A DNA stretch of 64,000 nt from NCBI RefSeq assembly GCF_964355755.1, contig NC_092673.1, positions 11,566,948 through 11,630,947 on the forward strand, given 5' to 3'. Source of the DNA: Antedon mediterranea. Lineage: Eukaryota; Animalia; Echinodermata. Positions 35,759 to 50,080 of this stretch are shown in pieces; within the stretch, counting starts at the first letter, position 1, and the number at the start of each line of letters is the position of its first letter. A program made the position numbers and the translations under genes. Below the pieces are notes generated by a model, which was given only the letters and a program-made list of their open reading frames with translations, searched no databases and was not told the origin of the DNA.

Positions 35759-37598
35759 GGGAACAGACGTTCGGCGCTAATGCAGTTTCGTACCCACCCC
35801 TTAAAATTACTCAAAATCTTCATCCAACCTACTCACGAGTTGTCTACAACATTCTGCAATCATAAAATTGTAAAAAATCGATAATTTTTTATTTAAAACT
35901 ATTTTTAATCAATTAATACTGAGCACCCTTCGGAAATACATCGCCAGCTTAGCTTCGCGAAAATCATCGCTAGGCCTGCCGATAAAAGTACGGAGGCCTC
36001 ACAGGACATTAACTCTATAGAGTAAACAGTTGCGTTCTATAGAGGGCGTAGTTACTAACGTTTAAAGCACGCACCAAATAATTATAATTTTCATTATTTC
36101 CGACATGCGTTTCGTATTTTTAATAAAGAAAAGAAATACTATACAATTGCTGTATTCATCATTGTGGGTATCATCATAATTATGTTATGTTTTTAATTTG
36201 TTCTTTCATTTTACTAGTAGAATTTCACACAGAAAAGAAGATAAATATGGAACTGCTGACTCTTGAAGATATAAGTACTGACCAATTTTCCTCTGTTTTA
36301 GTTTATTTTACATTATGGTTTGTAGGTCAAATAAATAAATGAAATGAATAAAAAGAATTAAAAAACAGAAAGATATAATTTATTGAAATGTAATGTACAG
36401 TAATACAATAATTATAATAAAAATGTTTTCCATCAATTACTAGAATTTATTTTACTTCTGCTGACACTGAATACATCATTTCATGTCTATTCATTAATTT
36501 ATTTCAACAATATTTTATGAGGTGGTCCATCCAGCCAAAGCTGATCATTAGGGACCCTTACAAAAAATATAATTTGACAAGACAATAACACACAACATTC
36601 AAAATAAATAGAATTCAACATAATTAAACACAAAATATTTCTTTATGAAAAAAACTTAAAATCTGTTTCACGAGGAACATGTAAAAAATATTTTATTATC
36701 GCCATAATATGATCATATAACAGCGTCCTCTATAGATCGATGCCCTATGAGGCCTCCGTACTTTCATCGGCAGGCCTAGCGATGATTTTCGCGAAGCTAA
36801 GCTGGCGATGGATTTCTGAAGGGTGCTCAATTATTAATTGATTAAAAATAGTTATAAATAAGAAATTATCGATATTTTACCATTTTATGCTTGCTGAATG
36901 CTGTAGACAACTCGTGAGTAGGCTAGATGAAGTATTGAAATCATTTGGAGTAATTTTAAGGGGTGGGTACGAAACTGCATTAGCGCCAGACGTTCGGCAC
37001 CACGGACGATCGGGCCAAGAAAACATGGTCCCGATCGTCTTCAGCGTTGGGCCCGATCGTCATACCAGTTGGGCCCGATCGTCCAGTGTTTTCAGAACCA
37101 CGTTAGGCCCGATCGTCTTATTATCAGTTGGTCCTGATCGTCTTAGCGTTGGGCCCGATAGTCTTTTGTGTTATATAAAATAATGTGCCACATTTCATCA
37201 TTTTTCATTCCTAGTGCTAGTGTCAACGTGCTTTTCTTGCGTAATTAAGATTTTCATTAAAAATGTTAATTAAATTAGATTTTTTATGATTTTATCATAA
37301 TTTTCCCCTAATTAACACTACTGGTTTTAAGAATTTCTTACCAATACTCTCGATTTATGAATAAATGTGATTGATTTTGATTGTTATATTGTGTTGTTTG
37401 TATTAGCGTATTTATTTTTTAAAATTTTCCGAGAATGTTTTGAGCCCGATCGTCTCTGGGCCCGATTGTCTCTGGGCCCGATTGTCTTTCACCCTTGATG
37501 GGCCCGATCGTCTCACGATTTGGGCCCGATCGTCTTGAAGTGGGCCCGATCGTCTTGAAGTGGGCCCGATCGTCCGTGGTCCCGATCGTCTGATAACC
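35759..37598. mobile_element. Mutator-type MITE with gggcccgatcgtc subterminal repeats, interrupted by another MITE
   Basis: TIR cagacg(t/a)tcgg(c/g)accacggacgatcgggcc; gtattaat duplicated on both flanks. Confidence 0.8.
35773..36987. mobile_element. MITE with ~250-bp TIRs and 8-bp TSD (Merlin-like)
   Basis: GGCGCTAATGCAGTTTCGTACCCACCCC TIR; TSD agacgttc at 35765-72 and 36988-95. Confidence 0.9.
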
Positions 37599-37662
37599 GT
37601 ATTAATTAGTACTAGCCTAGTAGTAAGCCTATAGTATGTGATGTATGTGAACACTGTCTGTG

Positions 37663-39430
37663 TACGCTAGCGCTAACCGCTCGCCAATTCGCCAATGGCG
37701 ACGGGAGTCTCCATTTGGCAAAAATAATTATTGCCTCGTTCGCCAAATTGGCGAAAATACATTTCCAAGCCTAGGCCTAGCCTGGTCGGCGTGACTTCTT
37801 ATGGGAGCGAGAATTCGCCACACTTCTGTACTTTCTGACTCGGGTACACTTTTTACCACAACAGCATTTTATGTGGCGACGTCACGATCGCCGTGTTAAT
37901 TTTTTTAGTTCTATTTAAACATGCGCAGAGCGTGCCTCGATGACGTTTTAATGACACACAGTGAATGTGATTGGTTCGTGGCCGGCCGTCGTCGACGTGA
38001 TGATGAGCGAATAAAAGGGGAAGTCCCTATTCTTCGACGTAGAAAATGAACTTCGAGAAGAAAATGTAAACAGAAACATGTGGATGAATACTTCTGTAAA
38101 CGAGGCTGTTCTGTTATTTAAAAAGGGGAATTTTAAATTTAACAAAGTACAGTAATTACCTCAATAGTATAATGTTAACATGTTTAATTTTATTTCCCTT
38201 TCGATTGTTCTAACCGAAAGTTGCGCTTTAAATTGAATAGCTAAGAAACAGCGTATACTGCAACGGCAACCATGGCCAAAGCGCGTTTCGGCCGCCTACA
38301 TAGAATGGGTTACGGCCGCTGCATAGCAAATTCAAAGCTTCTTAAATTTCTGCGGTACATTTCTTGTTTTATATAATAGATTGATAAATATTCCAATTAT
38401 TAAATAATTTAATAAATCGGTAAAATTGACGTTTCGAAGCAAATATTCCATGATGAGAGGTGACATTTTTCGACATGCCTCGTGTGCGGCGAAGACTAGT
38501 TCAGAAAATGGAACAGTCCACTGCGGGGGTTATCCAATCATTAATTAACGCGCTAATACATGCATACCATGCACATTGCCTGGGCGACGGTAATTTAGTA
38601 ATAAGCGGAGAACTGAATCCCCCGTAAGGAAAATGGTAAACACTGATATTTATGGTAGGGATTATTTTTTTCAGGGGTTGGTCTTGTTGGCCTCTTCGCA
38701 CGAGGTCCACGCAAAGTCAAATAAAACGATGTGTTTTATCAAACAGAAATATAAATTAGCTTCAATTCAATACTAAATTAGCCAGATTTTGATAATGAGA
38801 AAGACTCAAAAATTCAATTTTTATCGTTAAAATTGACATTTGAGGGGGATGTACATAATAATAATAACCGATTTACATATCAAAATAGAGAGTATTTAAA
38901 GCCTGATAACATGCAACAAAAATTACTCCACCACCTATTATGAACCTCGTGCGATCGGGTGCGAAAATGGGTAGGTGTTTTCCAAAGTTATTTTTAGCGC
39001 GCGGATTTCGGCTCGCCGGCTTTTGTACCTCATTTTTAACTCGCGTTTTCTATTAAAATATTTAATAAACATAGATTATAAATATATAAAAATAATCCCT
39101 TAAACAAGATCTTTCCAGGCATATAATTTTTATTCTCATGGGTACATAAGAAATAGTATATTTTTAACTTCAAAGACACGTCACTTTTTGAAATTTCACG
39201 AACGTGTTAAAATCCCGGTAACGAAAATCAGGTTCATTGGGATACCTAATAATAATATAAATGTAAAAGAAATAAAATATAAAAAAAATACATGCATTAT
39301 TTATTTAATAAACATTTTTTCGAATTTTTATGGTTTTTTAAATTTGGCTAAAGGATTTTCAATTTGGCTAATGTTTTTCAAAACCTTTCGCCATTTTGGC
39401 GAACGAAAATTTGACCTTAGCGCGAGCGTA
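37663..39430. mobile_element. Probable decayed TIR element
   Basis: Ends tacgct(a/c)gcgctaa; ttcgcca/tggcgaa subterminal motifs; no TSD seen. Confidence 0.45.
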
Positions 39431-40924
39431 GGTATTACTACTATTAGTATTAGGGTTACCGAGAGTTGACTCCATTGTTATTTCTACGATTCAACTCCGC
39501 GTACCATGCACGCTATGTCGTTGATGCGATTATTTGCCCATTGGTAAACACCTTTTTTGTATTATTTTTCTGAAAATAATTGAACTGTAAACATAATTCT
39601 TTTAAGTGTTTGTTTATTTATATATCATTCCATTCAGATCAACTATTTTTTATTTATATTACATCCAACCAAACAAAAAAAATGTAGTTAAAATATCGTC
39701 ATCTAGCGTGTACGACCATATGTTCTAGATTGTTTACTCAAGAACCTTCGAACAGTCCAGTGACCTTACCCTATTCAACCTTGTTTTTGTAGTTGAGCCT
39801 CTCATGACCTGGGATTTGTTTGTCTCCCTACGCCAAGATAATATAGTTCTACATGCCATGCTTTTTTCTCTGAGAAATATTTATTTTAATTACCAAAAAA
39901 AAATGTTTTCTCGATATGAACCCTTCATTATTCCAATTTTTTTAGAGAAAAATCACACATACCATTTAATTGGTATAAAAGTGGGATGTTCCACCTTGCA
40001 AGTGGGCTGATTCGTTCCCAGTGCACTGTACATCAGCCTTTACTTCAGCTATAGCAGAGGCACTGGAGTATATCTGCATGATGGATGGTTAGACATAATA
40101 ATACAAATGGTTTAATCAGATGATTGGATCATGGGGATGATCGGGGCCCAAGATAATCAGGAACAGAAAATGTGGTCCTGATCATTGGGCATCATTGTCT
40201 TAGCACTGGGCCGAATAGTCATCTGTGTTCGAATGGTGACAATATAGGAAGATGATGTTGTTAATATCGGTCGCAATCATACTGTTGCTTTGATAGATAG
40301 ATTTTCACTTTTTCCCGATTTAAAAATCATTATTTATAGGCACTACAGTATGTAATTTTGTAGGCCTACGAATGTTTATTCGGGCCTATATAAATATAAC
40401 TTACATTAACATTTTGCCAAAAGCATAAAACTCTGAAAAAAAATTGCACTGCAGTTTGGCGATGATTAAAATTAAAAAAAACTTATTATAGTAGTACATA
40501 CTCTCTACTTATATCAAACCCTGTCAAATTGGGGTCAAATTTATTTAGATTTTGATTAGCTGTACTGTAGAGTCTCTATATTAATACTATGGACTTTTAA
40601 TAAATTATTTCAATAATTATTAAACCATTTAATTGAATAGTAATACATTTTTATTTTCCAGGTATTTTAATTTGCTTTGGATGATTGTTGGATGCCATAT
40701 GACCAGTGGATTTTTTTGCACCTCGAGGACCAATAATAATGCTGCAAATAGAAACTTTATTGACCAATACCGAAGCTTCTGTTCATTTTTCCATCAGTGA
40801 TTATTACCTCATTACAGATTTTATAGTCCTGAGATAACATTTGAAGGAAAAAGAAACAGTTTATTTGTTACTAATTTGTAACTTTTTCCTGGAATTTATT
40901 TTGTTTATGGATTTTAACTGAACA

Positions 40925-40997
40925 ATGAAGTTAGATTTTTTAGACCATTTGGTGTGGCTCATTTTGAGTATATCTTTTCATTTTATTTTAATACCAG
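40925..40997 (+). CDS. TGFBR3: TGF-beta type III receptor (betaglycan/endoglin)-like, signal-peptide exon (exon probably begins at 40662)
   Basis: aacaATG; MKLDFLDHLVWLILSISFHFILIPG hydrophobic leader; phase-1 GTATGT donor joins the next exon in frame. Confidence 0.75.
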
Positions 40998-41716
40998 GTA
41001 TGTACATTTTTTCATTTGATTTCTTTTGTCTAATTTGTATGCATCTTATGCCCAGTCATTGGCCGGAATAGGATCAGACGAGGGCGGTTTGGCACAAAAG
41101 TGGCAAACGAGGTGCGTAGCATCGAGCTGGGATGGGTTTGGGAGAAGGAAATTTTTGAAAAAAATTACACACTGCTGTTTAATAGGCTAGAACAACTGTT
41201 TCCATCATAGAAATATCCTCCATCTTAAATTGTTTCACAAATGTATTCGTGCAGGGACATTTTGTGATGCGAGACCTCGGTGACCAAATCATGAAAGTAA
41301 TTCACACTGATGTTTCAGACAAATACCCTGGATAGTTTTTGACTACACACAACAATAAAAAATAAGGTGATGTTTTTACAAATTCTCGAGCATTTAAATA
41401 ATCTTTGCCGCTTTATTAATAATTATACATAAAATACGCACACAATTATGAACAACATTTAATGAACAAACAAAAATTGGATTAGTTTCGTATGTATTGC
41501 TTTTTTAAATTATTCATAAATAAAGTTTCTCATTGGTTAAGTCCGTACTTACACTGAAGAAAACAGAGCATTTGATTGGGCAATATATGACCACAGAGTT
41601 TGTAGATTATTTGACCCTTAAGAATTATTGTATCTATTTAACTGGTTTAATAGGCAAAACACTTAATATATAAAAAAAATGTGCAATTGCACATCGCCAA
41701 AAATGGAATTTCCCTA

Positions 41717-42990
41717 CTTTATTTATTCTTTATATCAAACCAACAGTGTAAAACACCAATAACAGGTTGAAAATAAAAACTAAACTATAAAATATGAGCC
41801 AATATAAATATACAAATGAAAAAGAAAATTTAAATAATTTCATTGATAATACATTTAAATTGAGAAAAATTACAGTTAAAAATATCTAAAGAATTATTTT
41901 TTAAAAGACATGAATTGTACAATGACGAGAGTCTACAGAAAATACCATTTTTACAAACATTGACACGAGAATAGTGAAGAAAGGGTTTACTACGAAGATT
42001 ACGAACAGGAACATTAAAATAAAACAACGAAACAAGATCACAATCAAACTTAGAAGTAAGACATTTATACAGGAAGTGCAAGTCCTGTCTTGCTCTCCTA
42101 GATGTCTGGGAAACAATAGGAGGCAGGTTGGCTGCTGGGCCGACAAAGCGCAAGAACTTGTTATGGGTCCGATCAATTCTGGAGGCTTGAGAAGCAGAGA
42201 GTGAATTGTAAATAATTGAACAGAAATTAAAAGATGGTTGGACGAGGGAAAGATAAAGCGCACGTTTGGTGTATGGAGAAAAATGTTTGCAATTGCGCCA
42301 CATCAGCCCAAGCAGCCTATTGGCCTTTCTGACAACATGATCAACGTGTGAAATAAATGTCAGTTTACGGTCGATGAAAATGCCGTGGTCCCGGTAAGAG
42401 TTTACACTTTCAAGGACTTCTTCTTGAACTGAGTAAGCGAAAATAATAGGTTTTTTCTTAAGAGAGCAAGACAGGACTTTGCATTTCTCGGACTTCAGGG
42501 ACATTTTCCAGTCGGAAACCCACGTACCGAGTCTTTCCAGATCTGCCTGAAGTGCAACGGAGTCCTCAGTAGTGGTAATAATTTTGTAAATCTTGAGGTC
42601 GTCAGCGAACATAAGACAGTTGGAATTTTGAAAGAGATTTGGTATTTCATTAACAAATATATTGAACAGCAGGGGGGCAAGAATGGAACCTTGAGGCACG
42701 CCTGAGATGACTGGGAGAGAATTGGAAGTGGCACCATCAATTACTACTCTCTGCATCCTACCCGTACCGCCAAGATAACTTTTAAACCATGAAAATAAAG
42801 TACCATTGATGCCAAACTGATGAAGTTTTAATAATAATAGGTTGTGGGACAATTTATCAAAAGCTTTACTAAAGTCGGTGTAGATTATGTCACATTGCTT
42901 TTTAGTTTTGATGGCTTCATACACGGTAGACAGAAGAGTAGCAAGGTTTGTTTCACAAGATCTACCGGGCATGAAGCCATGTTGATCTTG
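41717..42990 (-). mobile_element. 5'-truncated CR1-group LINE; RT frame open at 41830-42972
   Basis: GRSCETNL, YTDFSKAFD, SGVPQGSILAPLLF, MFADDLK; 3' UTR with AATAAA tail. Confidence 0.92.
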
Positions 42991-45900
42991 CTCTCAACCA
43001 AGCACGAATTTACTATACAGTACCGACCAGAAGAGCCCCCCCAATTTTGATGTGTCCAACGCATCAAGAATTTGTCAAGAATGCGTCCAAAATACGTCCA
43101 ATTTTTTGACGTGTCCAACACTTTTCAGACGGATGTAATTTGCTGCTAATTTCCCCGACGCAGTTTCGTCAAATAAACAATGTCATTGTCAACTACCTGC
43201 ACAGAGCTTCAATGATCGCTACAGTACAAACAATGCGCTAGACTATTAGGCCTACATTAAAACACTGTAGATATGTATTACGACATACTGTATACTGATA
43301 GATATTTATCTCGATCTAGGCTGTGGTGAAACTTGATGATGTTTGATAATGATAAAACAAAATCATTTTATTTCTAGGCCTAGTCTGACTGACATCGTTC
43401 GCGTTCGCATCGACTTCCACTCGAGCTTCTCCCAGAGTACTGAATTACTCCTGCTGGTATAAAACACCATGTGTGTTATAACGCACATAGCAGTAATTAT
43501 GATGATGTAAAAATTTTTTTTAAACACGCTCAATGGCGATCTAGAATTTTTTTTTTTTTCCATGACGTTAAATTGAAAGTACAGTAGCTAGCTAGGTTGT
43601 TTAATGTTTATAATGTTGTCACTGAATAAAAATATTTGCATTGTACAGTATGTTTGTAAGTGTGCCAATTTACTACTGTATTCTAATTTACTTCCGTAAT
43701 ATATAATATGAGATTTTTTTTTTTGTTTTAATAATTTGTAATACAATTTCCTTCTCTGTATTACAGTACCACACCCTTGCTGGATAGGTCCGGAAAAAAA
43801 AGCGAAGCACAATGACTAAAAACAACAAAATAAGAAATCAAACAATACAGGTTTGAATAGAAGGCGCGGCTCAAAACAAAGTCCAACGAATTCAAATAAG
43901 GAAGGAATAGCCTGCATAATAAATTTAGTTTGTAAAACTAACTACACAAAATAATATACAGTATAATGTTTATTCTTCAACTTTACATTCATTTCCACAA
44001 TACGCATTATAATTCGCAGTAACGTTAAATGAAAAAAAAAACAACTTTCAACATATCATAAATTAATAAGAAGTAGGGTATCTGTAAACTGTTATAAAAT
44101 TGAAAAAACCTATAAAGAGCCGGGCTCCCTCGACTGGGGGCCTTTGGCGGCCGCCTGACCCCCAGCCTAAGGTTGTATTTCATTTTTATATTACCCCACT
44201 ACAGTACAGATAAAAACTACTGCAACTTTTGGCACGCGTAGGTAACATAGTTTACGCGTGGTGGTTGCGTGGCGTAGCATTCGTAGTGCATAGACTACGC
44301 GCAGTATTCGTAGCCTACGCGTAGCATTCATAGCCTACGTTGTGATCAACAGCGTGTGAATTCCCCAAACTCAACTGTGTACACGTACAGTACATCGACG
44401 GCTAAGCAGGCTACAGGTACGAAAAGTTCGAATAAATAGAAATGATACGATTGTTTCGGCAATACAATAATATCATCATCATTAAAAATACCTGAATTCA
44501 AATTTTTCTAAAGAAAATAGCAATTAAAATCTTCTCAAAGCATAGGCTTGACACGAAAAGTCTTATTAACTAGGCCTACTGTACTGCTGACTGTACATTC
44601 ACAATCGCCGGCCAGAATAGTGTACACAATTCATTGATGACGGACCGTTATGACTAACTTCCATTATTTGTAGGCTAGGCCTAAAATTACAAGTTAATTT
44701 ATATTAATTAATACAGTACGTCAGTATGTTTCTTTTAAACAAAAATCATCCAGACTTGAAATTGTACATCAAACTCTATAATATTAGCTATTGTAACAAC
44801 CTGCAGCAGAGGATCGGTGGAAGGTCAAATTGTCTCAGGTCGTTTAGAACATCGTCATGAGCAGTCAGAGAGAGAAGGATCTAGGACACATATTAACATG
44901 TGCTTGCCTGATCTTGTAGTTTTGTTTTTTTAGTCATGCGCGATAATAAATTAGATAGTATTTAAATAAATGTCATTTTAGTTTAAAATAAATAAAAATA
45001 AATTATTATTATTAACGTTTTAGGGTAAGGAAATATGCAAGACTTTATTCAACTTCACTAAATTAAAGGTTAAACAAAACGTATCATACACACATGAATA
45101 TAACCACACTGGGTGAATGAATGGGGTGATCCGTCTCGATTTCCGTTGGAATAAAATACTATTGTACTTGTATGCTATTATTTTGACATATTACAGTATT
45201 TAAACAGTCCATATTATCCCATAGTACTAGGTATAGCCTAGTAAACAAACATAGTCCAGACAGTAGAGTAGTACTGCGCGATACACATATGTGGGTAAAC
45301 AGCAGCTACACGGCAAAAACTGTCCTATCGAGGAAATATCCTGTCACCTATACCACTTGGGAAATACTATTCACAAAGTGACATTATTTCACATTTTCAC
45401 GCCATGTACATTGTATTTAACGCTTGTACACATTATGGATTATCATATAGTACTACTACTAACTAGGCCTAAAAGTAAGCTACTGTAGGTGTACCACTTA
45501 TTTAAAATTAAACTGTCGATAGGTAAACCTACCTTTTTAGCTAGGCCTAGTCGGAGGCCATTTCACACAACAGACAACGACCAACGTCCTTAACGTATGT
45601 TGGCCGATAGGATGTACACTTGTTCTTCTTTCATAAAAATAAATGTCCCATTTTAACACAAAATACAGTAATTAATATTTAATACATTTATTATTACTTC
45701 ACAGTATTAATTCACTACATAATAAACTAAACATTACTTAACGTAGTCTACACGTCCAAATGTTGCAGTATTTATTATTTTAGACTCGTCTCACGGCCGA
45801 ACATTGTTCTCCCGGTTTTCCCCATTTTCTCTGGGTTACACTAAGACAAACTGAATTGTGATGTATTTGTGTTGTTTTCTGCATTAAAATATAACAAAAA

Positions 45901-46102
45901 AGGCTTACACAAGCAAATTTACAATATTTAAGCCATCTGATGTCATAAATTTGTTTTTTCTGAATGGAAAGGAGATTCTCCACTTGTTACATCACACACT
46001 GTACCACTTACCACTCCATAATAGATAGAGAGCACTGTTGACTTTTTAACTTCAGATGTTGGCATGTATGATTATGTACAGTATTTTCTTATTTGGTTTC
46101 AG

Positions 46103-46446
46103 GTTGTTCTGCTGATGTTCAACATTGTTATCTTAGGTCATTGTCACCATTACCCCTAGAGTCAAATGTTGCAGCATATGATGACCATGTATCGGTATCA
46201 GACATCATTGGCTGTTCTGTTTCATATCAGCCCTCTACCTCAGTTGTTGCATATGTTTTGAGTCTAACATCAGTAGGATCTAAAATTAATCGCATTTCTG
46301 ATAAACAATCAGTTATTTTGAACATTGATCAGATGCCATTTAGCAGTTTCATTTCAACAATAAAGTTGGTATTTGTGCTTAGATCAGACGATCCTGTAAC
46401 CTGGAATATACGTACATCAACACTTTTTAATCTACCAAGAATATTG
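46103..46446 (+). CDS. TGFBR3: TGFBR3-like orphan-domain exon
   Basis: TTTCAG acceptor, GTAAGT donor; HCYL...IIGCS...AYVLSL...KLVFVLRSDDPVTWNIRT parallels betaglycan C-EL...LSGCA...VHVLNL...VVFLLNSPHPLVWHLKT as recalled. Confidence 0.8.
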
Positions 46447-49400
46447 GTAAGTACACAAAACAATTTCTGTTTTATGGCAGGTCCAAGCTCTTGTATCGTT
46501 TTGTGATCCAAAATTCATCTTAGTCCAAATAAAGTAAAGCTGTAAAGTTATAATTTTTTTATCTATTAATTTTTTTTCTTCCAAATAAACAAATTCAGTG
46601 TGACATATGGGACATTAATATATTAGCCTTATACAGTAACCAAGAAATGTTATCCCCTCATTTTTTTTATGCAAGAACATATAGTTTCCATCTTTGATTG
46701 AAAAAAATTAATTAATCATGCTGATTAAAATTGAATCCTTCTGGTTCACAATCAGCTCTTCGGATACAGGTCCGCCAATCACCATATCTCGAAGCGTTTT
46801 ACAGCTATAATACTGTTCACATTACTATTGCTACTGGCAACATAATTCGCGAGTCAACCACACGTTTTCTCGGCGTCAAGATTAAGCCTAGTAATCATCA
46901 GCGCACCAGGCTGATAGTTCGTCACAGTTAAAAGTTATGGGTGAGACAAACATCACCTTTACACGTGACAGTAAAGACTTGACTTTCAACGGCCTCGTCG
47001 TTAAGAACCTTGACGTTGTGAGCTACTTGCCGGTATACGTTTTTATGGAACAGAATGATATTTCTATCCGCCCCGTCAGGTGGTAATAGCCGATGGCACA
47101 ACATATGTGATGATGACGTTATATCACTACCATATTTAGGCACATCACGCTTTTTAATCAAACTAGTTTGCTAGAGTAGACAAAGATTTAGGAATATTTT
47201 TGACAAAAATTAGTATGCATTTTGAGAAATCTGTTGTATTGAGAAAACTTAAAGTGGGTTTGAATGATGCGTCTAGCTCGTGTTGTCTTCTCTTATTTTC
47301 TAATCATTTCATTCTTTCTTGATCAGTGAAATGGCAATAACACTGTTTATGCCATAATATCTTATGAGTAACTTCTGTGGTAAAACTTATTAAACTCGAT
47401 CCATAATGTCATCGCCGAGCTGACATCTCTTTCCAGCTGCGTCATTTACAGTTTATTTATTTATTTATTTTATTTCATCTTCATCCAACAGCGACCAAAG
47501 CCGCCCATAACAGGATTGAATCAATAAATATAATTTATATAGATAATTAATTAAACAACACAATTAGCTAAAATTACAGGTAAATCAATACCATAGCAAT
47601 TATCATAAAGAAACATTGCTCGCTTGCTTCTCTCAACTCAACTCTCTCTTTTACCTTTCTGACAAAATAGACAAAACCTATTATAATTCACTGGTCTTGA
47701 CAATAGTAAAATTAAAATTAAAATTGTTCTCAGAAATTGAACCATTTACTTTCTCAACAAATCTTGAGGACGAACAATTTGAATATGCAAATTAAGTTAT
47801 TCCAATGTTTCACTTGTATTTAAATCAAAAAGTTTAAAATACAGTATCTCAGACCAACACTTAAGGTACTATTTAATTAATAATAATATTTAACTCAGTT
47901 TTAACATCTACTGTAACTTTTAGTTTTAAGAAATCGCTATTTTAGTAATTTGAATATGCAAATTAGGTATTTTTTAAATTAATACATCTGCAATTTAACA
48001 ATTAGCATATCGCGATTTGGCTATGCAAATTAGGGCTTAATAACCATACTATTGACCATTCTTGGACAAAATATGACATTAGACTAGATAGAAACGCACA
48101 TGTTCTAAATAGTACGGGTTATTATGTCTTCCAGCTCGATATTTGTGCCAAAATAGATTTTTTTAGCTAACTTTGTTATTCTTGAGATGCTGAATCCAAA
48201 AAAGGTTAGGTGCCATTTTTTTCGACCACTCCTTCAGCCGCCATTTTGTATTTCAAAATGGCCGACGTTCCACACTAAACTTGGTCATCCATGGTATCAT
48301 TGGAAAGGGAATGTAATACTGATTATTTTATTCCATTACACCCATATCAATAAACGTATAGTTACATAGTTATTGCGAAATAAAACAAATCACGTGACCA
48401 ATAAAGGTCAAAAGGTCAAAATGCAATTTCCCCAAAATAGTGTACTGTTTGGTATCGTTGGATAGATATTTTTATTCTGAATACAGTTTTACTAATATCT
48501 ATTCTATTTTACTTTGTTTATTGTCATAATTTTCCAATTATGTAAATAAATTGTTTTTAAATGTTTCTTGTTTTTTCATGCTAATTACTTTCTTATTTAC
48601 ATACAATCTGTCCTATTGGTATATAAGTACTTTAGGCGTTGTTTTCTGTTCTTCTTCTGATGAGAATAGTTTCTGGAAACATGTCACATTTCATTAAATC
48701 GCTATACTCATTTTAACAATGACAAAAGTAGTCTCCTTCGTAAGATAAATACGGTTTTTCTTATTGGTTTTACAATTCATTCAAATGTTTGTTTGATTTT
48801 CATTCTACTTTATTATTGTCCATTTATATGTTTTATAGTATATTATATATTATCTTAATACTAAATAAGTACCGTACGGTACTTGATTACACTTAACTTC
48901 AATGTCAAGTTTCCGAGTTATTTAATTTAAAATCAAAATAACTATAGTCCGTGAACAAAGGTGAAATAAACTGTTGTCAAGTCACATCTTTGTTTTGTTT
49001 CGTTGGATAGAAATTCTGAATCTATTTTATTTTTAGTAGTTTACATTTCTGTTTTTCGTAAAAAGAAAAAAATGCTACGGGTCATGGTATCATTTGCGTA
49101 GCGTTCAAAATCATTTGTATTTTTGTCAAATCGGGTACCACACAATATAAAGCCACTGTGCACAATGCCAATGTTAATTGGCATGCCTTTCCCTTTGAAC
49201 TTCAGATGAAGTGCAGCAGCAAACAGAATGTTTTCATTTGATATTATTATACAGTACAGTGAAAAAATCTTAAAAATAAAAAAAAAAAAAATTAAGATCA
49301 ATTAGTAATTTGTTTTCCTCAAATAAAGTTTACACGAAATAAAGAAAAGTCAGTGTCCTACTGCTGCCTTCACTACCTTTACAAACTACCAATCCATATT

Positions 49401-50080
49401 GTAAAGAAACGAATTCGGTTTTTTTAACGTCTAAAGGTTCCCTTTGATTTTTACGTATGGTTTGTGATTATCGCAATTATAAATCCTAACTATACGTTGT
49501 TATTAAAAATCACATAGAATAATTAATCAAACTATACTTGTTTGTGGTAACTTAACTTTAAGAACTTATCGGAAATAAGGGAAACAAAATCCGCTTTCCA
49601 GCAATAATATTCAAATTAGTTTGAGAAAAACGAAATCTTTTAACTACAGACACTTTATAAATATATACCGGATTGTAACGATTTCAGTTATTGAATTCCC
49701 TTTTATAAATTTGTATTTTAATTTTGTTACATTTACTGCATTTCTCAGTTATAACTTATATTTATCAAAACGCAGTGGGGTTTTTTTAAAGAGTGAAGTG
49801 CGACCACACACCAGTAGGAGATGGAATCTGTGCGTTTCGAATTATTATTATTTTATTGTTCTTGGGCATGATCCTATTACTGTATATCCGTTTGTTGTTA
49901 GTATTTGTAATCTTATGAGTATTAGAATATGCCACCGATTTAATTTATATTCAATAAAATTATGTTATCATCTGAAACGGTGGAAGATTATTCGACTACT
50001 TATACACAGAATAGATAAGCTGTTTTCTATCCTGCCTTTATGGTCACACAAATATCCAATATATATAATATAAGAATGTG

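Noticed and set aside
40662-40924. uORF regulation in the TGFBR3-like 5' UTR
   Set aside because: Several ATGs are present but expected in AT-rich sequence, and the exon start is unverified.
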